From: Mobula hypostoma
Lineage: Eukaryota
NCBI RefSeq assembly: GCF_963921235.1
Contig: NC_086097.1
Coordinates: forward strand, 39,744,001 to 39,808,000
DNA length: 64,000 nucleotides
Reading direction: 5' to 3'
Within the stretch, counting starts at the first letter, position 1, and each line of letters begins with the position of its first letter. The notes under the pieces are model-generated. The model was not told where the DNA came from and did not search any database. It saw nothing but the letters and a program-made list of their open reading frames with translations. The position numbers were made by a program, and so were the translations under genes. Of the stretch, positions 36,232 through 49,985 are shown one piece after another.

Positions 36232-37190
36232 AGGTTCTGAGGTTCTAAGGTTCATTTTAGTGTCATAGTATGCATGTATAATACAACTCTGATATTTATC
36301 TACACCAGATAGCCATTAAATACAGAAAGACCATGGGTGTTGATGAAAGGAAAGACATCAACTCCCCCCCCAACCAATATGAAAAGAAAAGAGACCCCAA
36401 GATTCCCCTGTCTCCCACAGCAAAATAACAGACACAATAGCAATCAGCGAATCCCTACACATAGCAAACCCTGACCCCCTCACTTGCAGAAGAGAGCAGC
36501 GACAGTAGCACGGAATCCCCAATCATCACCCCCCCCCAAACAAAAACTTGCCAATCGTCCACAAGAAAGTACAGAAAAACTGAAGGAAACTGATTTTAAA
36601 GTACAGTCCAATAAGCATATGAATCTCAGAACATGGGAAACATCTTTTCACTGCATACGAGGAGAACAGCCGCATGAAATCAACCCTTCCGTGAAGAGTG
36701 ACCACTGTCCTGAGTCTGAATGCCGACGACCCGGTCCAAACACACCAATCTGGGGCCAAATGTGCCGATCCGGGGCTGAACATGCCAGTCGGGCTGCTGA
36801 CCACCGCACAGCGAGCCATCTGTGACCCCCCTCCGCATTCACTGTGATGCTTCGATCTTCCTCACAGCGTTGAGATGGAGTCATTCATGACCCTGCGCCT
36901 CATCTCCGGTCTTTCCCACGAGGCCGCTTGTGTTCTCAGACCTTTGCAGCCTCCCCCCCCCCACCCCGCCACTGTCTCTGATCTCCACGAGGCAGCTCTC
37001 CGGACACAGCACAGCGCTGGGTCCTTCGATCGAGAAGAAACTCTACGTCACAGGGTCCAACAGTTTCTGTAACACAAACAAGACAAAATAACAAGCAGAA
37101 AGCGGCGAAAGAGTGAAATATCTAGAAAGATTTGCTATGGAAGATGTTGCCTGAGGAGTCGTTGTTCACTGGCACCATCTTGACCGAAAT
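36232..37190 (-). mobile_element. Non-autonomous element of family B type
   Basis: Minus-strand 5' end tttcggtcaagatggtgcc; Rex1-like 3' end with a (agaacct)n tail; no coding homology seen. Confidence 0.6.
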
Positions 37191-37479
37191 AAGTTAAGGC
37201 TCCTCCCCACCAAACCTCACACTTCCAACAGTCTCGCTCAACATCCGCTCAGAACATACCTTCGGTGATTTCTGTGACTAGATGTGATCCACATAGAAAA
37301 CAGAGAATTACAAAACAAGCTGTATGTGTTTGAAGCTTGTAATGGATCCAGTCTGGTATTAGAAGGGAAAGGCTGTAATTTCACGCCTCATCTGTTGAAA
37401 TTTGTAAAATAATTTGAGCACAATAGAGTAGAATGGGAATAAAAATGCAGCAATAAAATATAATATTTTAATCCTAAAT

Positions 37480-38280
37480 CAGTGAATTCTGGTTAACTGG
37501 GAGACATCAGAACCAGTGCATTTTGGCCCAATTAAGTAGTTGTCCCAATTAGCCGAAGTTTCATGGAAATAGTTAAAAAGATATAAAAAAAAGACAAACT
37601 ACTGCTAAACTAAGTAATAAATTTTGCAGTTAAATGAAATGCAGAACAAATTAGAATACTACAAATGCTACTATGGTACTATAAAACTATATGTTAGTTT
37701 CTAATAGTTTTCAATGTTATGCTGCCTTGTTCTTTTGATTAACTGTAAATGAACAAAATCAGTGCAGACACCTGGTGCAGATAATGGACTGCCTTCATAC
37801 AGCGCTTTCTATGATTGCATCTTCCAAATCTTCATTTTCATTGTAATATTCAAGATGATTGTTGATGCCTAACTTGTTAAAGTAGTGAAATCATTTCATT
37901 TTCACTCCCTGCTGTTTCTGATATCTCCAATCCTGAATGCTTGAAATGGCAGCGAGCAAAACAGTTCCGAATTGTCTTATTGTTTATTTCACACCAAATA
38001 TCAGTATTTCACAACAAAAATCACTGCTTTTTGACCACGAGCGCACGCAACTGACGCTATTTAAAAACTGTTTGCTCTGAGCACGGAGTAGAGTTTAAGA
38101 GTCACAGTAAGTACACACGATTGACGCTATTTAGAAACTGTCCCAATTAAGTGGCATAGTGTCCTAAATAAGAAAAGAGAATCCTAGCTATTTTCTCGAT
38201 TAATTTTTGTTCTTTGAGAGCTGTCCCAAATAAACAACTGCCCAGTTTAACCGTTGGCCCAATTAACTGGGAATCCGTTG
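37480..38280 (-). mobile_element. Second Tigger-like non-autonomous DNA transposon
   Basis: Collinear with 29886-30707; ends cagtgaattctggttaactggg and cccaattaactgggaatccgttg|ta. Confidence 0.8.
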
Positions 38281-38939
38281 TACTGGTAACATCAGTTTCA
38301 CTTTGTATTGCCGTGGAGATGGTAAACTGCAAGTGTGTTTGATAAAATAAGAAAACGATCTCAGCTTTCTTGAGCTTATGCAGCTGATTGTATATGATGG
38401 AAACCAAGGAAAACAGGGGCTTTGCTCGCGGGTTGGGTGAATTTGCAGATGGGTCTCCTCAGCGGTTTACCATTAGTTTCACATATTATAGTTAATGGCC
38501 GGCCTATGTCACTGCAAGAATGAAACAATTCTAGAATGAAACAATTCAAGGCACAGTATTAGAACCTAAAATTCAAGTTACGTGCCATGTAAACACAGCT
38601 TTTCACTTTGATTGGTTTGACTGGAGGGTGGCTGTGTTCAAAGACAGTTCCGTTGTAGTATGAGAAGTCTGTGGCTCCTAACTATATTATTCATGAGGCT
38701 GCAGCCAGAGGTGGTGGGATTTGCAAAGCGGACACATTGTGGTGTTGTTCCTCAACGAATAACTTCCTAAGAGTTTCTTCCATTCCACCCTTGAAAATTG
38801 GCAGTAAAGGGATCTTTACTAAATGTTAAATGAAGTCACAGTGATAGAGAGAGATCTATGTTAGGAAATTTATACTTTGGTCTTCCCTCTTGCAAGTATT
38901 TCTGTCTGCATTTCCCCCACTGTATAAATTTACCATGTT

Positions 38940-40720
38940 CCTCACTATGGAAAATAACTTTATCCCTTCCTCATCATTGCAAGCTACCAACCCTCGGTCA
39001 CAGACTCCACACTCCAACACTCTCCCTTATCTGCTTCCCTTCCCCTAGCTAGCTCTGGAGCACTTCTTCACATACTCTCCGTTCTGACCCTCACCCGAGA
39101 GCCCCCACAGGATTAAGACCACCCTCATATGCCCCATTCAAAGACCTTGCTGAATTCACCCCGCCTCCTTCCCTTTATTCCATTGTCCACAGTCCTCTCC
39201 TATCAAAGCTCCTCTTCCATCTATCATCTCCCAGCCTCTCATATTTACCTCACTCCCTATCTTCCCCCTCTCACCTGGACTCATCTATCACCCATCAGCT
39301 CGTGCTGCTCTCCTTCCCCCATGCTCTTATTTTGGCTTCTGTCCTATTTCCTTCCAGTCCGGACGAAGGGTCTTGGCCCAAAATGTCAACTGTTCATTTC
39401 CCTCCATAGATCAGAATCAGAATCAGGTTTAATATCATTGGCCCATGTCATGAAATTTGTTGTCTTTGCAGCAGCGGTACATTACAATACATAATAATAG
39501 AGAAAATAAATGATGAATTACTGTAACCGATGTTGTCCAAGGGAAGGGCAAGGGCCGATACAGCTTGGCACCAGTGTCGTCGCAGGAGTTGCCAGAACGA
39601 GGTTGAAGGCAACGTCGGACTGCCTTAGGGACTCCAGCTCCAGATTTGTCCTCAGGGTTTACTCCCAAAGCCTTTTCCATGAGTGGGTATGGCCGCAAGG
39701 CAGCGGAGGTTTGAAATCAGAGTTTTCCCTGCCTTAGAAGGACTGCCTTCCCAGACTGATGAGCTCCATCTACTATTTAATATATATATTAAATTGTTAA
39801 CTAAGTAGTGCAAAAATTGAATTAAAAAGTAGTGAGGTAGTGTTCATGAGTTCAATGTCCATTTAGAAATTGGATGGCAGAGGGGAAGAAGCTGTTCCTA
39901 AGTCATTGAGTATGTGTCTTCAGGCTTCTGTACCTCCTTCCTGATGGTAGCAATGAGAGACAAGGCATGACATAGGTGATGGGGTGGTCCTTAAGATGAT
40001 CGGCACCTTTTTGAGGCATCGCTCCTTGAAGATGTCCTGGATACTACGGAGGCTAGTGCTCGCGAGAGAGCTGACTAATTCTACAACTCTCTGCAGCTTA
40101 CTTCAATCTCGTGCAGCTCCTCCCATACCAGATGGTGAATCACCCAGTTAGAATGTTCTCCACAGTACATCTATAGAAATTTTCAAGTGTTTTTGGTGAC
40201 ATAAAAAATCTTCTCAAACTCCTAATGAAATATAGCCCCTGTTGTGTCGCCTTTGTAGTTGCATCAATTTGTTGAGCCCAGGTCTGATCTTCAGAGATAT
40301 TGATAACCAGGAACTGAAATTGCTCATTCATTCCACTTCTGATCCCTCGATGAGGACTGGTGCATGTTCCCTGTCTTACCCTTTCTGAAGTCCACAATCA
40401 ATTCTTTGGTCTTACTGATGTTGAGTGCCAGGTTGTTGCTGCGACATCACTTAACTAGCTAGTGTATCTCGCTCCTGTACACCCTGTTGTCATCACTTGA
40501 GGTTCTGCCGACAATGGTTGTATCGTCAGCAAATTTATAGATGGCATTTAAGCTGTGCCTTGCCACACAGTCATGGGTGTAGAGACAGCAGTGGGCTAAG
40601 CACACAACCCTGAGGTGTGCTAGCATTGATTGCCAGTGAGATGCCTGTCCTGCTGAATTTCTCCAGCATCTTGTGTGAGATGACCCAGACTTCCAGCAGC
40701 TGCTGTCTCTCTTGTGTCTG
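38940..40720 (+). mobile_element. Penelope pLTR remnant interrupted by Rex1 (39410-40637, minus), which itself contains an RTE-type fragment (39525-39773)
   Basis: Penelope end broken at ccataga|tcagaatcag and resuming at gatgcctgtcctgctgaatttctccagc; Rex1 [10 protein letters not shown]. Confidence 0.72.
39525..39773 (-). mobile_element. Fragment resembling an RTE-clade 5' UTR or non-autonomous derivative
   Basis: Minus strand gggaaggcagtcc..gggaaaactctgatttcaaacc resembles RTE 5' regions; absent from the paralogous Rex1 copy at 11700. Confidence 0.5.
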
Positions 40721-40972
40721 AATATAGGCCAAGATCTGAGATGACTCCATCACACTCCCGCTGTAAGGTGTCCTTGCTGTCTGGTGAGCCTTACTTTAAA
40801 CAATGTTTGAGCTGTTGTAACTTCCTCTCACATTCCTTGCCCAGTTGATTTTTTTTTCTGCACGTTTGGGCAGGGGCTGTCTAGTGGCTGTAAAATACTC
40901 CTGGATGGAGGTTGGTTTATCCTTGTGGGCTCTTTGTACTCACTCTGCCATCATACTCTGGGTTAAGTTTTG

Positions 40973-42074
40973 AATGGCATTACAGGAAAGATATTGGCAT
41001 GGATAACAGAATGGCTGACAGGCTGGAGCAGCGAGTGGGAATAAAAGGGACCTTTTTTGGTTGGCTGCTGGTGACTAGTGGTGATCCTCAGGGTTCAGTA
41101 TTGCGACCGCTGCTTTTCATATTGTTTGTCAGTGATTTAGATAATGGAATTGATGGCTTTGTGGCAATGTTTGCTGTTGATATGAAGATAGGTGGAGGGG
41201 TAGGTATGCTGAGGAAGCAATGTGTTTGCAGCAGCACTTGGACAATTGGAAGAACGGGCAAAAAAGTGGCAGATGGAATGGAGCGCTGGGAAATGTATGA
41301 TAATGCATTTTGGTAAAAGGAACAAACAATAGTGCAGACTATTATCTAAATGGGGAGAAGGTTCAAACATCAGAGGTGCAGAGTGGCCTAGGTGTCCTTG
41401 TGCAAGACTCCCAGTAGGTTAATTTACAGGTTGAGTCTGTGGTAAAGAAGACAAATGCAATGTTGGCATTTATTTCACGGGGAATAGAATATAAAAGCAA
41501 GGAGAGAATGTGGAGCCTTTATAAGAATCTAGTATTGTCAACAGTTTTGGGCCCCATATCTCAGAAAGAATGTGTTATCATTGGAGAGAGTCCGGAGGAG
41601 GTTCACAAGGTTGACTCTGGGAATGAAGGGGTTAACACATGAGGAGCATTTGGCAGCTTTGGGCCTGTACTCACTGGAATTTAGAAGAGTGCAGGGGGAT
41701 CTCATTGAAATCCACCGAATGTTGAAAGGAATAGATAAGGTGGATGTGGAGAGGATGTTTCTATGGTGAGGGTATCCAGAACCAGAGGGCACAGCCTCAA
41801 ACTTGAGGGGTGACCCTTTAGAACAGAGGTGAGGAGGAATTTTTTTAGCTGAAATAGTAAATCTGTGGAATGCTCTGCCACAGACTGTGGCGGAGGCCAA
41901 GTTTGTGGGTATATTTAAGGCAGAAGTTGGTCGTTACCTGATTGGTCAGGGCATCGAAGGATATGGCGAGATCGCAGGTGTCTGGGGTTGAGCGGGATCA
42001 GGGATCAGCCTGATGGAATGGCAGAGCAGACTCGATGGGCTGAATGGCCTAATTCTGCTCCTATGTCTTATGGT
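40973..42074 (+). mobile_element. 5'-truncated CR1 LINE
   Basis: VTSGDPQGSVL, ERVRRRFTRL..GLYSLEFRR; tatgtcttatgg tail. Confidence 0.9.
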
Positions 42075-43516
42075 CTAACATTGTTCATGGTGCTTTACAT
42101 ATGCAGGTAAGGAAGCTAACCCCCATCCATGGCCCCTTTCCTGAAGCGCTACAGATTCACGATTGCTACAGATTCTTCCACCTGGTATCTTCATGATGAG
42201 CATGCCTGAGAGTGACCCAGCAATGAGAATAAACTTGTCTGTCCTCTCTGGAGCAGGCTTGAAGAGCATTGCTGGATCATACTCAATCCTTTCGCAAATG
42301 TCTTCTTTCTCCCTATAACCTTGATTATTCCCTGGAACCTGCGGGCTGCTGTAGGTAAGTGTTATCTGGTCAGAACTAGAGTCTTGACACTTGATCTGTG
42401 GTTACAGCCAGGTAGCGTGAACTCAAGGTCTAAATGGAGACATGGCTCAGGACTCCGGCTTCACCTGCTTCAGATCCAAAAAGTATTGAAAGGGATTTCA
42501 AACCCATTGCTTTAAAATAAAATCTAAAATGCCAATGTTAAAACCACCTTTTAGTGATAGCTCTAATATCACACTTCTCCCTTTTGCTGTGCCCTTTTCC
42601 TTTTTCTTGAGATCAGTCAGCTTAATTTGACACAGTTTAAGTAAATACTTACTTAAGTCAAATCAGCTCAAATTGGTTCACCTAATGAATACTTCTGAGC
42701 AACACTGATCTGTAGAACTTTAATTTCATTGATTTTTTTTTCTAAAGTCATCATGGAATCATATAATCGTTATGGTTTTAGTGTTATCCCATTTACCTTC
42801 CTAATTAGGACTGAATTTGATCTTCGGAAGTGACCGACAGCTTTGTTGAACCCCATAAAGGAAATCCATTCTGGATGTTATCCAGGGCCTATATGGTGCC
42901 AGAAATAAACTGTCTCGAGTTCCATCATGGAAACCAAAACAGTCACAAGAGCCCAAGGAAAAAAAAAGTAGCTATAAATGTTGATCAAAGCTCCAGCAAT
43001 TGTGTTGGTTTGAAAGAGAATGATAAATTAGAAGAAAGGAGAAATGGTAAGGCTGGAAGTGTGTGGGGGTGACATTCCGGAGTGAGATCCTATTAATGTG
43101 ATGATACTGTTAGTGTGTGGGGTATGTTCCTAATGAGGCCAAAATAGCAGAGAGGTTATTAAGATACATGTCTGCCTATGTCTACAAAGAAATCTAAATT
43201 CATCTCATGTAAATTAAACAGTTTGAATACAAATTTCATCTAATTATGGTATTAGGAAGAGTTAAAATTAATCCTGACATTTTTTGTCATGGCCTTATAT
43301 CAGCCCCCATTGTATTTTAACATCTTTTGAGAAGCAGTCAACAGAAATTAAATGAAAAAGCTATTAGAAGATTACATTCTTAGCAGCTTGAACTCACCAA
43401 CGTTATCATTTCCCTAGCAATAAGAATGAGTTCTACAGGGTATAGAAAGAGCAGCAATGGATAATGTGGCATCACAGTCCCAACGTAGTGTGTATTCCAC
43501 TGGTGTACTTCCTATT

Positions 43517-44860
43517 ATAAGACCATAAGACCATACGACATAGGAGCAAAATTAGGCCATTCAGCCCATGGAGTCTACTCCACCAATCGATCATAACTGT
43601 TTTATTTTCACTCTCAACCACATTCTCCTGCCTTCTCTCCATAACTTTTCCCTCCATACCCTTACTAATCAAAGACCTATCAACCTCTGCTTTAAATATT
43701 CCCAATGGCTTAGCCTCCATGGCTAAATGTGGCAATGAATTCCACAGATATGCCACCCACTGGCTGAAGAAATTCCTCCTCATCTCTGTTCTAAAGGGAA
43801 GAATCTTCTAGATTCTCCCACTAGTGGAAACTCCCTCTCCACATCTACTCTACCGAGGCCTTTCAATCTTTTATAGGTTTCAATGAGATCCCCTCCTCAT
43901 TCTTCTGAACTCCAGGGAGTACAGGCCCAGAGTCATCAAATGCCACTTATACATTAACCCTTTTATTCCTGGGATCATTCTTGTAAACCTCCTCTGGACC
44001 CTTTCCAATACTGACACATCCATTCTTAGATATGGGGCGCAAAACTACTCACAATACTCTGAATGCACTCTGACCAATGCCTTATAAAACCTCAGCATCA
44101 CACCCTTGCTTTTTTATTCTTGTCCTCTTGCAATCAATACTAACATTAACCTTTAGGGAATCCTGCGCTAAGGCTCCCAAACTCCTTTGCATCTCTGATT
44201 TCTGAATTCACTTTTCATTTAGAAAATAGCCTATGCCTTTATTTCTTCTATCAAAATACTGACATACACTTTAGTAGATCTAATTCCAAATGCTACTTCT
44301 TTGCCCATTCTCCTAATCTGTACAAGTCCTTCTGCAGACTCCTTGCTTCCTCAGAACAACCTGCCCCTTCACCTACCTTTGTATCATCCACAGACTTGGC
44401 CACAAAGCCATCAATTCCATCATCCAGATCATTAACATATAATGTGAAAAGTAGAAGAGCCCATATCAACCCCTGTGGAACACCATTAGGCACTTGCAGC
44501 CAACCAGTAGAGGCCCCCTTCATTCCCACACTTTGCTTCCTGCCAGTCAGCCAATGTTCTGTATTTGCTAATATATTTCCTGTAATACTATGGACTCCTA
44601 TCTTGTTTAGCAGCCTTATGTGTGGCACTTTGTCAAAGGCCTTCTGAAAATCTAAGTAAACAATATCCACTGACCCTTTGTCTATCTTCCTTCCTATTTC
44701 CTCAAAGAATTCCAACATTGCCAGGTAACCATATTTTATTATGTGCCTCCAAGTACCCTGAAAGTTCATCTGTTATAATGGACTCTAACATGATGTCAGA
44801 GTAACCGGCCCATAATTCCCTGCATTTTGCCTGCCTCCCTTCTTAAAGAGTGGAGTATAA
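43517..44860 (-). mobile_element. 5'-truncated CR1 LINE
   Basis: VYLDFQKAFDKVPH, GVPQG, VAKSVDDTK; (ataagacc)n tail. Confidence 0.9.
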
Positions 44861-46138
44861 AGGGATCACTTTCTCCAACAATCAGATTTCTGACTATCAA
44901 CCAAAACCCATGAGGTGAGAGCTTAGTTTATGCTGCAGGGAATATGATGCCTAATGTTAGACTTTCACTCAGATTAGAATGCTGAGTTTTACTTAAAAAT
45001 TCTAGGCCAATTCATAAATATTGCAAGAATTTTGTCTCATGGGAAACCTTCTTGATGTGTGCAGTTCTACTCAGTTTACATTTGCAATTTTTATGACATG
45101 CAAGAAATGTCTTCAGGTTTCAATAAAGGAAAATGGTTTAATGCAAAGTTTTGTTACAATATTTTTAAAACCTTGGAGTTCTTCTGTTTTAATGTGTCAT
45201 AAAGCAGAAGGAGAGATGAATTTGCTGTGTTAGATGCTGATACTTTTATTTCATATTATGTTTCCTAGGTACAAGTGTACAACTTGAAAATAATAGAAGC
45301 AATATTGGAATAAAAGCTATTAGAAAGTTGTAGATAATGTAAACAGACGTATGTAGGTCAATGAATAACATTTCTATGTAGATATCATGCTGCGCATCTG
45401 TCTCTATAGGAACGATATATAACAGCGTAGAATCATTTAAAGGTTTAAGATGTTAGCAGCAATTTTTCTTCTTCATATCCTCTAAATAAGTACTTAGAAA
45501 CTTCTGTGAAAGGGCCCTGTTTAGCAATACATCTGTAGGATCTTCAAATAGACTGCCAAATGTGCATGTACTCTCTGCAAATGATTAGACATAGCGTTAC
45601 TCTGCAATTTGTACTAGAGGATAAATGCTTGTCTAAGGTTTGTAATCGCAATAGTCTTTTCTGACACGATTTCACTAGTTTACAAGAATTTGAAAGCTGA
45701 CGAAATTTATTCCATTACTAACGAAAACTTTTTTTTATCTATTATTGAACTTTCAAGTAATGTTTTGAAGCAAATAAAAGTTCTATGCAGGATAAAGGAA
45801 TCTATTTACAAAATGGCCACAAATAAAATTTTTCACCCCATGTTCTTGAGAATTCTTTGTGAAGTGCCTTGCTCTGCTCAGAGTACATCATCTATTGTCT
45901 CCATAGAGTTGTACAGCACAGAATTAAACCCTTCGGTGGTTCCTTAAAAGTGGAGCCACAGGTAGCCAAGGTGCTGAAGAAGACTTTTACAATGCTGACC
46001 TTCATTGAGTATAAAAAGTGGGAGGTTGCCTGGTGATTGGTGAGGCTTTTCTTGGAGTACTGCATTCAGTTTTAAAGATTCGATTATGATTTGTTTGTCA
46101 TGTGTACATCAAAATATTGAAATATACAGTGAAATGAA

Positions 46139-48290
46139 ACATACACAAAATGCTGGAAGAACTCATCAGGTCAGACAGCATCTGTGGAAATGAACTGTCG
46201 TCATTGCGGGCTGAGACCCTTCTTCAGGACTGGAAAGGAAGAGGGAAGATGCCAGAATAAAAAGGGCGGGGGAGGGAAAGAAGGCTAGCTAGAAGGTGAT
46301 ATGTGAAGCCAGGTGGTAGGAAAAGTAAAGAGCAGGAGATGAAGGAATCTTATGGGAGTGGGGAGTGGATTATCGGAGAAAGGGAAGGGGGGGGCCACTA
46401 GGCAGAGGTGATAGGCACATGAGGAGAAGCCAGAGTAGGGAAGAGGGAAGTTTCTTTTACCAAAAGAGAACGATATTCATGCAATCAGGTTGGAGGCTAC
46501 CCAGACAGAATTTAAGGTGTTGCTCTTCCATCCTGAGGCTGGCCTCACAGCAGCACATGCGGAGGCTATGGACTGACTGATGGGAATTAGAATTAAAATG
46601 TTGGGCCATCGGGAAGTTCCACTTTTGGAGGATGGAACAATGGTGCTTGATGAAGCGGATCCCCATTTTACGATGAGTCTCACCAATGTAGGCCGCATCG
46701 GGAGCACTGGATACAATAGACAACCCAAATGATTTGCAGGTGAACTGTTGTCTCACCTGGAAGGACTGTTTGGGGCCCTAAATGGAGGTGAGGGAAGAGT
46801 TGAATGGACTTCAGTAAGGCCTTTGAAAAGGTCCCGCATGGGAGGTTAGTTAGGAAAATTCAGTCGCTGGGTATACATGGAGAGGTGGTAAATTGGATTA
46901 GACATTGGCTCAATGGAAGAAGCCAAAGAGTGGTAGTAGAGAATTGCTTCTCCGAGTGGAGGCCTGTGACTAGTGATGTGCCACAGGGATCAGTGCTGGG
47001 TTCATTGTTATTTGTCATCTATATCAATGATCTGGATGATAATGTGGTAAATTGGATCAGCAAATTTGCTGATGATACAAAGATTGGAGGTGTAGTAGAC
47101 AGTGAGGAAGGTTTTCAGAGCCTGCAGAGGGACTTGGACCAGCTGGAAAAATGGGCTGAAAAATGGCAGATGGAGTTTAATACAGACAAGTGTGAGGTAT
47201 TGCACGTTGGAAGGACAAACCAACGTAGAACATACAGGGTTAATGGTAAGGCACTGAGGAGTGCAGTGGAACAGAGGGATCTGGGAATACAGATACAAAA
47301 TTCCCTAAAAGTGGTGTCACAGGTAGATAGGGTCATAAAGAGAGCTTTTGGTACATTGGCCTTTATTAATCAAAGTATTGAGTATAAGAGCTGGAATGTT
47401 ATGATGAGGTTGTATAAGGCATTGGTGAGGCCGAATCTGGAGTATTGTGTTCAGTTTTGGTCACCAAATTACGGGAAGGATATAAATAAGGTTGAAAGAG
47501 TGCAGAGAAGGTTTACAAGGATGTTGCTGGGACTTCAGAAACTGAGTTACAGAGAAAGGTTGAATAGGTTAGGACTTTATTCCCTGGAGCGTAGAAGAAT
47601 GAGGGGAGATTTGACAGAGGTATATAAAATTATGATGGGTATAGATAGAGTGAATGCAAGCAGGCTTTTTCCACTGAGGCAAGGGGAGAAAAAAACCAGA
47701 GGACATGGGTTAAGGGTGAGGGGGGAAAAGTTTAAAGGGAACATTAGGGGGGGCTTCTTCTCACAGAGAGTGGTGGGAGTATGGAATGAGCTGCCAGACG
47801 AGGTGGTAAATGCGGGTTCTTTTTTAACATTTAAGAATAAGTTGGACAGATACATGGACGGGAGGTGTATGGAGGGATATGGTCCGTGTGCAGGTCAGTG
47901 GGACTAGGCAGAAAATGATTCGGCACAGCCAAGAAGGGCCTAAAGGCCTGTTTCTGTGCTGTAGTTTCTATGGTTTCTATGGACAGTTGTAGCCCTTTGG
48001 CCACTAACAGGGATAAATGCCAGGAGGGAGACTAGTGGGGAGGGATGAATGGACAAGGGAATCACGGAGGGGTCGACCCCTGCGGGAAGAGGAGAGCGGG
48101 TGGGGGAGGTAACATTGTGTTTGGTGGTAGGATCCTTTTGCAGATGCTGGAGGCTGCAGAGGATGATGTGTTGAATGCAGAGTTTCATGCGGTGGTAGGT
48201 AAGGACATGAGGAACTCTATCATTGTTCAGGCAGAGGGGAGATCGGGTGAGTGCAAGTGCCCGGGAAATGGAGTGGATACGGACGAGGGC
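46139..48290 (-). mobile_element. Penelope-like element 3' part (GIY-YIG remnant plus pLTR), split by a CR1 insertion
   Basis: AYIGETHRKMGIRFIKH..MAQHFNS..EEQHLKFCLGSLQPDCMNI; degenerate hammerhead motif at 46197-46231. Confidence 0.85.
46804..47984 (+). mobile_element. Young 5'-truncated CR1 LINE with an uninterrupted 367-codon ORF2/RT fragment (46804..47907)
   Basis: DFSKAFEKVPH, VPQGSVLG, KFADDTK; (tttctatgg)n tail; atggac repeated at 46804-46809 and 47979-47984. Confidence 0.95.
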
Positions 48291-48558
48291 AGGATTGTTT
48301 TGCATCAACGACAAGCACAGTCCAAGAATTGTGCTGGGGGCAGCCTGCAATTGTCGCCATCATCGCATGCCCGCATTGACTAACCTGAGCCCGTAAGTCT
48401 TTGGAATATGGGAGGAAACTGGAGCACCTGGAGGAAACCCATGCCAGCTACGGAAGAGCATGCACACTCCTTACAGACAGTGGTAGGATTCGAACCCCAA
48501 TCAGTGATCACTGGCCCTGTAAAGCTATCGCACTAACCGCTACACCATCATGCCGCCC
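48290..48558 (-). mobile_element. V-domain tRNA-derived SINE
   Basis: gggaggaaactggagcacctggaggaaaccca (reverse V-domain); box B gttcgaatcc on the minus strand. Confidence 0.82.
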
Positions 48559-49248
48559 TGCTCATCCTCCCATAAGAAAGATGCTTATTAAACTGTTAAG
48601 AGTGTAGACAATATTTACAAGGAGTGTGTCAAGACCTGAAGGACCTATTTTTCGTCAGGCTAAGACTTTGCTCCTTGGAATGTCGGATTCAAATATGATC
48701 TTAATAAAATCATGAAGAAGTGTAGATAGGGTGAATGCATGCAGCCTTCCAGGGTTACTGAGTCAAGAACTAGAAGACATACGTTGAAGGTGAGAGGGGA
48801 AAGATTTTGAAGCCCTTTAATCTATATTAATCCCATCTATCTGAGTTAGGTCTGTAGCCTTCAGTGCCTTGGTGATGCAAATATTTTCTAGATGCTTCAC
48901 AGATGTTAGGCACATTCATCTTAGATCTGCAGGCAAGTTGTCTGCCTTCATCTGGTTCCCTAGACAGATCTATCTTCTCCAGTGTTATGGTCAATTCTGT
49001 ATACATTCATATCTCCTTTGCAAACCTTCAATCTGGGTAGCGATCTACTAGTTTGGACCTTGCCATATGAGTGCTCTCCTACTTGATGTTCTTGGGGAAG
49101 ATCCATTGCCTTTCACTGCAATGTATAGAGTGATCACAGAAGCTGCGCATTCACCAAGTATGTAACTTAGATTCCGAAGCCAAATGTCATTAAAACAAAG
49201 AAAATTTCAGAGATCCCAGAGTTGAGTATTACATTCTCACAGAAGACT

Positions 49249-49267
49249 TGCCCACTAGAGGGCAGAG
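49249..49267 (+). promoter_or_regulatory. Candidate CTCF binding site
   Basis: TGCCCACTAGAGGGCAGAG closely matches the vertebrate CTCF core, in apparently non-repeat sequence; motif match only. Confidence 0.5.
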
Positions 49268-49705
49268 AAAGTATGGATTACAGACCTGTAAGCAGAGTTC
49301 CGAGATTCTGAAGTAAATTTCTAGGTAGACAATACAACCCCGAACTACAGGAGAAAAGAGCTTAGCAACAACAATAACATACACCCTCACAACTTCAAAC
49401 AAGGCAGGCAAGGTCATAATACAAAGTCTGATGTGAAAAATTGAAACTGGTTGCTAAATATTATTAGAGCACAAGAATAATTAACAAAACAAAGGCAATT
49501 GTTTACCTGGTGAATGCAATGAACCAAAATGAGGCTGAACGAAATAGATCCAATAATTACTTTCAAAAGGGACTTAGATATATAATGGTCTTTGCAGGGC
49601 TATGGGGTAGAGCAGGGAATATGGGAGTAATTGTGCGATGATTTTAAAGAATCAGCTCAGGCCAGCTCATTGAAGTTCCCTCTGTGATACCTTACTTACT
49701 GATAC

Positions 49706-49985
49706 ACAATAGACAATAGGTGCAGGAGTAGGCCATTCGGCCCTTCGAGCCAGCACCGCCATTCACTGTGATCATGGCTGATCATCCACAATCAGTATCC
49801 AGTTCCTGCCTTATCCCCATAACCTTTGATTCCAATCTTTAAGAGCGCTATCCATCTCTTTCTTGAAAGCATCCAGAGACTTGGCCTCCATTGCCTTCTG
49901 GGGCAGAGCATTCCACATATCCACCACTCTCTGGGTGAAAACGTTTTTCCTCAACTCCGTTCTAAATGGCCTATCCCTTATCCTT
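49706..49985 (-). mobile_element. CR1 LINE 3' end
   Basis: FTQRVVDMWNALPQKAMEAKSLDAFKKE; (caataga)n tail. Confidence 0.85.

Noticed and set aside
39356..39391. Additional hammerhead motifs (also 46197-46231, 61794-61825, 63040-63077)
   Set aside because: Each has substitutions in the CUGANGA box, the GAAA box or the cleavage triplet; treated as decayed relics
42075..42401. Open frame of about 109 codons on the minus strand and CAG|GTAAG-like donors on the plus strand
   Set aside because: No recognisable protein and no consistent acceptor-donor pair, so an exon cannot be supported
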